64,000 nucleotides of DNA from Scyliorhinus canicula (taxonomy: Eukaryota). Location: assembly GCF_902713615.1 (NCBI RefSeq), contig NC_052158.1, positions 11,962,546 through 12,026,545 of the forward strand, written 5' to 3'. Both the position numbers and the translations under genes were made by a program. Under the pieces are notes generated by a model. The model was not told where the DNA came from. It saw only the letters and a list, made by a program, of their open reading frames with translations, and searched no databases. Positions 13,353 to 23,352 of the stretch are shown here, one piece after another; the stretch's first letter is position 1, and every line of letters starts with the position of its first letter.

Positions 13353-13873
13353 TCCTTTCCTTGCTGACAGGAAGAGAGAATGTCATCGCTCCAATCCCTG
13401 CCAATATCTTCGCTATACCTATTATCCATAATGACTCATTGACGATTCCACCTCCTTGCCTTTAACGTTGAGCGCTGCATTCATTAACATAATTCGATTA
13501 CTGGGACGGTACCTTACCCCGTGCTGCACCAGAGGGTTTGTATTTGGCAGCAGGTTTAGTCTGGGGTAAAGGGCAATGCAATCTCGGTCTCCGTTTATCT
13601 CCCTTCCCTCGCCCTCCTCTCCTTTTTTCCCATTGCCAACAATCCTTGTGACTTTGCTTTCCCAGCCCGCGTTCAGTTACTCGATTCTGCATTCGGAGTC
13701 GAATGGTACATACAGTCATTTTTGTCCGACCTCCGCAAAAATCGACAGCTATTAATGTTTTCCGAAGAAGTACAGTGACCTTCAACGGGAAATCACTGTA
13801 CTGATAGTGTTCGGCAGCGAAGTAACATTGTAACCAATATCAGTTAGACACAGGGGAAGCGCTGAGTGTGAAC

Positions 13874-14284
13874 ATGGCTTCCACACAGCAAGCAGAGAGT
13901 TGGATCGAGGAGACAATTTGTCCCATTTGTCTTGATTTCTTCACTGATCCGGTAATACTGGGTTGTGGACACAACTTCTGCCGATCCTGTATCATCCGGC
14001 GTTGGGGGAAAAAGACGATAAACACTTGCCCGGAATGCAAAGAGGGGTTTCCGGACGAAGACTTCAGGGAAAATCGGGCCTTAGCAAATTTGGCCGATAA
14101 AGCTCGAAAATTGAATGCGGATCCGAAAGAGAAGGAAAGGCAACTTCGCTGTGAGGAACATCAGGAAGAACTGAAGCTGTTTTGTGAAGCTGACAAGAAA
14201 TTGATTTGTTACACTTGTAGAGATTCGCGAGAACACAAGTTTCACAGTTTCATACCGATTGTAGAAGCTGTTGAAATCCACAAG
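13874..14284 (+). CDS. TRIM B exon 1 (RING + B-box2)
   Basis: [52 protein letters not shown]; donor AAG|gtaaat. Confidence 0.93.
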
Positions 14285-17200
14285 GTAAATGAACATGGAC
14301 GATCTCTTGATTATTTCATTCCATATTGTCATGGTCTAACACTTACATTCTGTGATGTTCTCTCCCACTGCCAGGATCAGATCAAATCTGCCGTGGATTA
14401 TCTGACAGACAAGAAGACTGTGGTTCTGGGAACTGAACTGACACAGAAACGGAAGATTTCTGAAGTTAGGGTAAGGTCTCCCTGTACTGATTTTCTGGGA
14501 TCTCGGTTAGTTTTGTTCCCTTTATCCGGGACATTAATTATGTTTCACATTTTATTTGGTAGGAACAGTCGAGCAGTCTGCAGACCCACATCATATCCGA
14601 GTTCAGTAAAATGCACCAGATTCTCACTGAGAAAGAGCAGCGTTTACTCAGCGATCTCAGGGAAGAAGAGGAGAGGATTCTAGAACCAATGGAGATAAAC
14701 CTTCGAGAGGTTCAGGAGAATTTATATTTGATGGAGAAGAATCTCCCAAAGTTGCAGAAACAGATGGAGCAGAAAGACGATCTGATATTTTTGAAGGTGA
14801 GGGAATATATAGCGGGTCAGTTCATGTATAGCGGGCCATGAATCTTCAGATCTTCAGATCGAAACATAACAGAGAATAACCTTGAAATTAATATAGTATT
14901 CGAATGAAAAATAGAAGCGGATTGAAATTGATTGTTTTGCCTATCCCCAGTCGGTGCTGCTGTAGTACGAACAGACGCTCACATGGTCTGCAAAATACAT
15001 GGCTAACTGCCGCCTCTCAGGAAGGATTTGTCGTGATCTTGATGCTTAAACATCTGTTCCATGTTTAGCAAGTTTAGTATTGTCCAAGAGCTCATATCAC
15101 TTCATTCCCCTTTTTAAGAATGCATCTAGTTCCCTCTTGAAAATTTCTGTGGGCAATACCTCTGTCACTGTGACAGTCAGTGCATTCTTACTTCCGGCAC
15201 TGTGTCAGTCTGTGCATTCCTCCTTCCAGTTTTGTGTTAATTGCAACCGTACTTCCGGTTCTCTGTCACTCTGCGCAATCCGACTTCCTAAACGGTGTCA
15301 CGGCGATCATTGGTTCTGAAGAAAGCTCCTTGTCATGCAAGGTTAACTCCGTTGATTTGTCAACCGATGATGCCAGATCTACTGAATATTTCTGGCATTT
15401 TCTGATGTTATTGCACATCGCTAGTCGTTGTTGAAAATAAATTATCTCTCTTGTTTTAACAACGCCATTTAAAATTTCCATATGCAGTGCCTAGTTCTCT
15501 CTGTCCCTGCACCCAATTTGAAACGGCTTCATTTTACGAGTCTCTGCAAAAACATTCCAGTTGCCCTTGTCTGTTGATTTCACCAACCCGAGTAAGTCCT
15601 CCTAAAGTCTGCTCCGAACCTCATTATTTGGTTATTCATGTCTTGCAGGACGTGGACCAAGAAAGGTAGGACGTGGAATTTACTGAAACTCTCTGCAAAT
15701 ATTGTTTTTAAATAACCATGGCAAAATCTATAGCCAATATTTAACATGTACTCTTTAATATTTACAGGAGTCATGCAGAATATCAAATAAAACCAGTAAC
15801 ATATGGCAACATTAATGTTTGGAATGCCAAAGGCCCTTTACAGTACATTGCATGGAGAGAAATGTTAGACTTCATTGACCCAGGTAAGAATTTATAAATT
15901 CCGAATAGACGAGCATCCAGCCCTCAGATCAGATAATCGATAATGCTGTGTCAAACATTGATTCAGGAGTCACTGCATTGTAGATGGTGAGATGAGGGTG
16001 ATTTTAGAATGATACCTTAGATACAGCACAGTAAGGATGACCCATGTACAGCTTTAATCAGATCACGGAATCAACGAAAAGGTAACGAGAATCTGAAATT
16101 TAGAGAAAACGAGGGTCAAAACGCAGTTCAGAGTGAACGAGGTTGAGATTTTGGGGTGACCCCTTGGATCGAAAACTGAGCCAGAGTATCCACTGCTTAC
16201 CACATGAATATGGGCACAGTAGGAAATCTTACAACATCAGGTTAACATCCAACAAGTTTATTTTCTAATCACTAGCTTTTGGAGCGTAGCTGCTTCGTCA
16301 GGTGAGTCACTGACCTGACAAAGGAGCAACACCGAAAGCTAGTGGTTCTAAACAAACCTGTTGGACTTTAACCTGGTGTTGTAAGACTTCTTTGTCAGAC
16401 TTCTTACTGTACCCCAGTCTAACTCCGGCATCTCCACACCATAAATATGGTTAGTGGTCCCAACCATTCTCAGGATTCGGATTCATTGACAATTATCGGT
16501 GTCTAGTATCTACATTTGGAGTGAGGCAACATTTGCTATGATCCCTGATGGGGAAGTTGAGAGACAGTAAAACCACTCAATTCTCAATCGAGGCAAGTCA
16601 GTATTAGTTGGGAGAATGGGTCAGTGACTGGCATGGGGGTGGAGCAAAATATGGAACAGTAAAGATTGACCAGCAGCAAGCAGAAGCATTCATACACTTT
16701 CTGGACACCAATTGTTATAAAAGAGTGAGGAACAAAAACAATGACTCAAATTTATATAGTGCCTTTCTCAATTACTTCATGTACCAAAAGGCGTTACAGC
16801 AAATGAACTGGTGGCAAAATCTGCAGTCTGTTGTACGGTTGGAAATGCAGTTACCATTCTATGCACAAATATGACATTGACCAGACAATCTAATTTTGTG
16901 ATGTTGTTTGAAGGATAAATATTGATCAGGACACTCACCGTCACTCTCTTTAACCTTGACTCTCACCAACTTTTCCCTATTTGTTTTCAGTTATTTTCTG
17001 TTCTCACTGCACATCCATCTCTGTTCTGATAGACAACAGTCCTACTTTAAAAATCGGTTACAGGGTTCGTATCAGTTATAAATTCTCACTGCATTGTTCT
17101 TTATACTATACGCTTGCGTGGTGCAAGTAATCAATCGGAGTAACCAATTAACAGTCATCAAGCTGTTGGTCCAAAGTAGAATTTATTCCCAAGCCTCCTT

Positions 17201-20200
17201 ACCCCCACTGTTTAAAATTCCTACCCTGAACCCTTTCTGCCAACGCCATACTCGCACTCAACTTCATACCCTTCGGTGTTTTTAGTTTCTAAAATCTATT
17301 TCTTGTTAAATGCATTTAAAGATATGGCCTCCACATGCTTACACGATAGAGATTTCCATAGGCTCACCACCTTCCTAACTGCTTGCTCAATTTGCATGCA
17401 GACTCCGAATGACTGGTCCACTTGGACATCCAGGTCCTTTTGTACATCAATATTTCCCAATCTATCATTAAATAGGGGCTGGTTTAGCACAGTGGGCTAA
17501 ACAGCTCGCATGTAATGCAGAATAATGCCAGCAGCATGGGTTCAATGCCCATACTGGCCTCCACGAATAGGCGCCGGAATGTGGCGACTAGGGGCTTTTC
17601 ACAGTAACTTCATTGTGACAATAAGCGATTATTATTATTACTAACTAATACTTTACCATTCTGTTTTTCCTATCCACGTGGATAACTTCGCAGTTATACA
17701 CATCATTCTGCATCTGACAAGTAATTTCCCTCCTTTATTTAACGAAGTTAAGGCTTGAAAAAATATTGAAATAATCAAGAAATAAACACAACATGTTGGA
17801 GAATGAGAGGGAGATAGCCTTTACCCCCAGTAATCATTTAGTTTGGGTGGGAAAACGTTTTGGAAATTAGAATTATAGAACATAGAACATAGAACAGTAC
17901 AGCACAGAACAGGCCCTTCGGCCCTCGATGTTGTGCCGAGCAATGATCACCCTACTTAAACCCACGTAATCTGTATACCCGTAACCCAACAATCCCCCCA
18001 TTAACCTTACACTACGGGCAATTTAGCATGGCCAATCCACCTAACCCGCACATCTTTGGACTGTGGGAGGAAACCGGAGCACCCGGAGGAAACCCACGCA
18101 CACACAGGGAGGACGTGCAGACTCCACACAGACAGTGACCCAGCCGGGAATCGAACCTGGGACCCTGGCGCTGTGAAGCATTGATGCTAACCACCATGCT
18201 ACCGTGAGGCCCCACTGCAATTATGTGCTCTCTCCGTGGAATTTATTCATTGGTGAAACACAATAAGTATATTTCTGTTGTGGGGGTAACACTAGGGCAC
18301 CATACATAAGCATTATTCAAGTGTACATAAACTGGGTTCTGACTTCCAAGGCGGCAGCAGGAACTCTGACAAATGCATTCGCACTACAACAGAATGCAGA
18401 GCAGTGTGTACTCTCCTCACGCCACAGGTTTTCTGTATGGTAGTGCACATCCTGTGCAACCACAAATGTTTCCGACCTTCAGCTACACTTGTTCTAGAAG
18501 TTTTGCTTTCCCCCCGGATTCTACTGTATCAACTCGTATCTATACAGAATATCTACATACTAAATTACAGTTATTCCAAGCTGTCCTTGACAAAATCAAG
18601 TTTCATTCCACTGTGACTCTCCCCCCTCCTCACTCCTCCTCGCTTTGGCCTGAGGCCAAACACTTGGCCTCAAGCTGCCGAAGGCCTACACCTGTGGGTA
18701 TATCCTCAAGGTCCACCGGGGTCCTCAGCTGCCAGGTAATATATCTTTATGACTCTTATGGCCCTGAATTCGTCCTATTGGTCACCGTTAGTCCTGGGCA
18801 AACACTAACAACAGTGTCTGTCCCATTACTCTGCACCACATGCTGCGGTGACGTTTCACACTGGCTAATCACTGCTTGCTATCGTGAGTGCTTCGTCTTC
18901 TTCCTTTGAAGAGTTCAAGTGAGGCAAATCATGTAAATCGTCAAACAACTGTATTGCAGCAATCCATATCTTTAGCCTCACATCTCTTTGCGACTTGTAT
19001 CTCTTCTATCTGGCTTGTGAGCTCGATCGAGCCTCTATTCATCTCATCCAATATTTAGGCTACGGATTGAATTGGGATAGATGCATAGGTTGTTGTATTA
19101 TCTGATTTCCACTCAAACATCTTTTAGTTTAAATATATAGACCAACCAACTTTTGCAGTTGTCTACCACCATTGGCCTTTCTCCATATAATGCTACCTGG
19201 GTTGGTTCCATACTGGCTGTGATGGCTTCTGTGGTAGTTATTTGTGGTTGTTAAATCAAATGTCTTGTCATAAATAGGGCGAGGATACAAGATCGTAGAG
19301 CCCCTGGTGCTATATGCGACCATTGTCATCTCTATCATCTTCCCTCAATACCCCTATGTTCTCCACTCTCTGACGCCTGCCCTCTACCAGTGGAGTTAAG
19401 TCAGCAAGCACAGGCATGACCAGCATCAGCCCGATGACACCCTTCTGTTTGCAATATCATCAGTCTGACTTAACAATAGATGTATTAGTCTCCTGGGTTG
19501 GGATGTGGTTGTGCCAGACACTATTTTCCTTGTATGTTAAAAGATTGATGGATCCAACACTTTGCATTGTATATATCATCATCATTCACATGTTCATTTC
19601 CTATCTTGGACAGGGTACATTAATTTCCATGATGGTGATACTCTATTCTTTGCCGTATTAGTGATCCTTCATTTTGAGATGTGATACCAATTTAGTCTAC
19701 CATATTCGCTGCTCCAAATGTCATCTCCTCTACACCACGAAGACTAAATCCAGACAAGGCGACAACTTTAAACAGTGCCTTCATTCCGTCTGCAGACATG
19801 GCCCCAACCTTCAGTTGCTTGCCATTAAACTTGGGATCTTTCTCACAGACCATCTCCATTTTTGGCCTACTGCAATGTTCCAATAGAGCCCAGCGCAAAC
19901 TGAAGGAGCAGCAACTCATTGTCCAATTAGAAACATAGAAGGAGGGGGTATTCGGCCATTCGGCCCTTCAAGCCTGCTCCGTCATACATTATGACCATGT
20001 CTGATCATCCAACTCAGTAACCTGGTGGCCAACACTATTTGTCTTCTTCACCACCTCGTGCATCTACATGCTCACAGGATCACCTAGATTTCGTTGCATA
20101 TTTCCTCCCCCAATCTCCAGCAATTCCGGTAATGATATCTTGCCTGTTTCTGCCACCAAAGTGCTGAAACTCATATTCATCCACATTATCCTATCTCGGC

Positions 20201-23096
20201 CATTTATTTGCCCACTCACTCAACTTGTCCAAATCTCATTGAAGCATCTCTGCATCATCCTCACAGCTCACCCTCCCACCCGGATTTGTGGGGTTACATT
20301 AGCTACCCTGCAATTCATAGGAACTGTTACAAAGTCTATAGAGTCTTGGAAGATAGTTCCATTAATAAGCCGTGTAATTATCCAAAACGTTTTTTGTTGC
20401 AACCAACCGTCCCCACTGAAACTGATGAGCAATGCTTGTTTGCTCTCAGGTGGTCATAAATATTGGGTACTCTCTCCTTCAGCAGGGATTGACGGCAGGG
20501 GAATTGAATAGTTTTAAGGCAGAAGTAGATATATTTCTGACTAACAAAGAAAAAAAGGAATATCGGGGGTATATGGATATGTGTGCCTATACACACTTTC
20601 TCCCCTCCATGCGTTTATTTCGCCACATCAGTTTCCCCTGTTATATGTAGATATTTGTGCACGTCCTATTATGTGTTCTCTATTTGTCTCTGCTCTCTCT
20701 TTCCCATCCTCCCTCCCCTCCTTTTATCTCTTACACACTCCTCATTCTCAGCATTCTCCTGCTTTCTTCAATTCCCCCACCTGCCTCCACTCCCCCCTCC
20801 CATTCCGTTTTCTCCCCTTTTTGAGCAATCTCACTCTGTCCCCTTGCCTTTCTGTGCTCTCTTTTACCTCCCACTCCTCCCACCTCTGTCAACACTCCCC
20901 TTCCTGTCGTTCTCTTGCCCCTCCCTGAGCCACTCTATCCTCTCACTCCCCTACCAACCCATTCTAGCTCCCCTCCTGGCCCTCTTCTTCTCTGCCTCTC
21001 TTTGCACACGCCCATTGCCACTCCCCACATCACTGCCCGCCTCCACTGCTCACTCTCTCCATCCCATCTCCTGCATTTGATCTTACTCCTCCCAGACTCT
21101 CTGCTCTCGACAGCCCTCACGCCTCCATTTCAGCCTATCGATCCCTACTCCTCCTCTTTGCTCCTCTGCCCTCTCTCTACCTTTCCTGTCACTGTTTTTG
21201 CCGCCTCATACCTCTCCCCTCCCATTCTCCCCCTCCAGCTCCCTCTCCTATCTCCCACTCTCACATCCTCAACTCCTCTCCACTTCTAGCTCTCTCCCTC
21301 CATCTTCCATTCCTATCTCCTTTCCCTCTCCATCTCCCAATTTCCACACCATGCTCTCATCTCTGATCCCACTCACAATATTTCCTTCACATAACTCAAC
21401 TTCCCACTCAGTAACCCCTCACGTTCCACTTTCAAATCTCTCAATATCCCACCATAGCTGTACCTGATAGTCCCCCCTCCCTCACTATTTACCCCTCACT
21501 TATATGTTGCGACCCCTCCTGATCCCCTACCCCTCACTCCTCCCTATTCTTGCCATCCTCTGGACTTCCTGCTGCCTCTTAACTTTTCCCATTTGCTGTC
21601 CCTCCTCCAGACTTTGTCCCTCTATTCTCTAGCTCACATATTCCTTTTGTCTTCATCCCCTCCCTTGGGTTAACAATAATAATCTTTATTATTGTCACAA
21701 GCAGGCTTACATTAATACTGCAATGAAGTTACTGTGAATTCTCTATCCTTCAGGTTCCCTTTTCATCTCTCTCACTCTACTCACTCTCCATCCTTCTGCA
21801 GTCACCCCTCTCCTTATGCACTGTCAAATCCGTGGGAACCCCCTCCGTCTAAGTCAGTGTCTTTCAAACTTTTTTTCTGGGGACCTATTTTTACCAACCG
21901 GCCAACCTTCGGGACCCATGCCAGCTGACCTTCAGAGCCCATGCCAGCCGACCTTCAATGGCCATGCCAGCCGACCTTCACAACCCACACTGGCCGACCT
22001 TCACGACTGACGTGAGCTGACCTTCACAACTCACGCAGGCCAACCTTCATGACGCACGCCAGCCAACATTTGGGACCCACCATTTTCTCTTACCTTTAAT
22101 GCGAGAGGTGAGCCTCCTTGGTTCTCATTTACTTGTTTGCTGCTGAAAAAATGGAGGAATCGCAATCGTGCCCAAAGCACATGACAGCGACATTCGGGGT
22201 GCATGACCTGCTCTTTGCCTCCCTTCAGGCAGGAAGTTTACATTGAATTTAAAAAAAAATCTTCTGCATCTCCGATTGCGCAAATCCACGTGCAACAGCT
22301 GGCTTTTAACAATGCCAGCTGCGAGCGGCCTTCAATATGATGGCGAGGACCATATTCAAAAATACATGCACAGTGCGCATGCGTATCCGCACATCGGTGC
22401 ACATGCGCAGAACCTCTTGAAGGCCGCTCACAGCCGGCTCCGCGACCCTCCTAACATCCGCCAGAGACCCACCTGCGGGTCGTGATCCCAACTTTGAAAA
22501 TGCCTGCTCTAAATCACTGACTGTGTTATTTTAACTTTCCCCCAGCTCCAGCCTCTCTGACTTTGGATCTGAACACAGCGAATTCCTGGCTCATCCTGTC
22601 TGAGGACCGGACCAGTGTGAGACTCGGAGACATGTGGCAGCCGCTCCCTGACACCCCGGAGAGGTTTGATTTATCACCCTGTGTCCTGGGATCAGAGGGA
22701 TTCACATCAGGGAAACATTACTGGGAGGTGGAGGTGGGGAGCAAGACTGAATGGCGGCTTGGAGTGGCTCGGGGCTCAGTGGACAGGAAAGGCGAAATCG
22801 ACCTGAAACCTGAGAACGGATATTGGATTGTGAGACTGATTGCCGGAAGTGTCTATTTTGCCTCTACTTCTCCCGCACTGACCCCACTAACCCTGAGTGT
22901 GAATCCCCAGAAGATTGGAGTTTTCCTGGACTATGAGGGGGGACATGTGTTATTTTACAATGCGGACAACATGTCCCATCTCCACACTTTCACCGACATT
23001 TTCACTGAAAGCATCTTTCCCTTCTTCAATCCGGGATCGAAAATGGATGGGGCAAACTCCGCGCCGCTGACAATCAACAGGATGAAAGGTCATTAG
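13874..23096 (+). CDS. TRIM gene B, complete RING-Bbox-CC-PRY/SPRY (B30.2) protein, about 474 aa
   Basis: Exons 13874-14284, 14375-14470, 14563-14796, 15649-15665, 15768-15883, 22546-23096; total 1425 nt, in frame, GT-AG introns; B30.2 motifs LDLNTAN, WEVEV, LDYE. Confidence 0.93.
14375..14796 (+). CDS. TRIM B exons 2-3 (coiled coil): 14375-14470 and 14563-14796
   Basis: 96-nt and 234-nt exons, canonical splice sites, homologous to TRIM A. Confidence 0.9.
15649..15883 (+). CDS. TRIM B exons 4-5: 15649-15665 (17 nt) and 15768-15883 (116 nt)
   Basis: ttgcag|GACGTGGACCAAGAAAG|gtagg and tttacag|[27 protein letters not shown]|gtaag. Confidence 0.85.
16214..16439. mobile_element. Penelope-derived inverted pseudo-LTR (palindrome) with hammerhead-like cores
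   Basis: Arms about 16214-16305 and 16308-16410 are reverse complements; CTGAcaa..GAAAgctag motif; 11-bp TSD catgaatatgg/cataaatatgg. Confidence 0.75.
16730..16935 (-). mobile_element. Decayed DeuSINE-like fragment
   Basis: atttatatagtgccttt tail and gtgatgttg..ggataaatattgatcaggacac, matching the reverse Deu-type body. Confidence 0.5.
17476..17640 (+). mobile_element. Short tRNA-derived SINE with Rex1-like tail
   Basis: gggctggtttagcacagtgg..gggttcaatgccc..ggcttttcacagtaacttcattgtgacaataa(tta)n. Confidence 0.78.
17876..18213 (-). mobile_element. Young full-length HE1/V-SINE with CR1 tail
   Basis: tRNA head, V-domain, tail gggccgaagggcctgttctgtgctg(ttctatg)n. Confidence 0.9.
19665..19930 (+). 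mobile_element. Penelope-like element, GIY-YIG endonuclease fragment
   Basis: [34 protein letters not shown] resembles NLVYCI.C..C...YIGET.R.L..RF.EH..SV. Confidence 0.7.
20590..21845. repeat. CT-rich polypyrimidine low-complexity tract (about 1.2 kb) in TRIM B intron 5
   Basis: Strong C/T skew with no fixed period. Confidence 0.9.
21855..22506. mobile_element. Non-autonomous hAT (Charlie-like) MITE with an internal ~24-bp tandem array
   Basis: TIR CAGTGTCTTTCAAACTT / AACTTTGAAAATGCCTG; 8-bp TSD gtctaagt/ctctaaat; repeats gccgaccttcacgacccacgccag at about 21900-22080. Confidence 0.75.
22546..23096 (+). CDS. TRIM B exon 6 (PRY/SPRY, B30.2)
   Basis: tttcccccag|CTCCAGCCTCTCTGACTTTGGAT; [47 protein letters not shown]; TAG ends at 23096. 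Confidence 0.95.
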
Positions 23097-23352
23097 CCGA
23101 TCCATCTCCCTGCCATCTCCTTGCCTCCGGTCAGCTGTAAACTGATGGGTGTGGGTTTCAGTCACAAGATGTGAGAGCAGCCAGGTTAACATTAACCCTG
23201 TATGGGAACTGGGAACTGAAAAATCAGCAAGGACTTCTGTAGGGCTGGGGAAAAGAAGCAGGGAGAGAAAAGAAACAAATAGAAGCTCAATTGTAGAGAG
23301 GAACTTACTGGGTAGAATGAGCTGTGAACTACAGGAAGCCGGTATATCTTCC

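Noticed and set aside
13868-14683. 271-aa single-exon reading of TRIM B
   Set aside because: Reads through introns 1 and 2; the spliced model fits canonical sites and the paralog.
18270-19400. Possible Gypsy LTR/integrase remnant (QLRTPVDL on the minus strand) and a 178-aa plus ORF
   Set aside because: Too decayed to assign by eye; needs tBLASTx.
20581-21467. Several 90-165 aa Pro/Ser/Leu-rich ORFs
   Set aside because: Artefacts of a stop-poor CT-rich tract; no domain or splice support.
21900-22080. CRISPR-like array
   Set aside because: Degenerate tandem ~24-mers without unique spacers, inside a vertebrate MITE.
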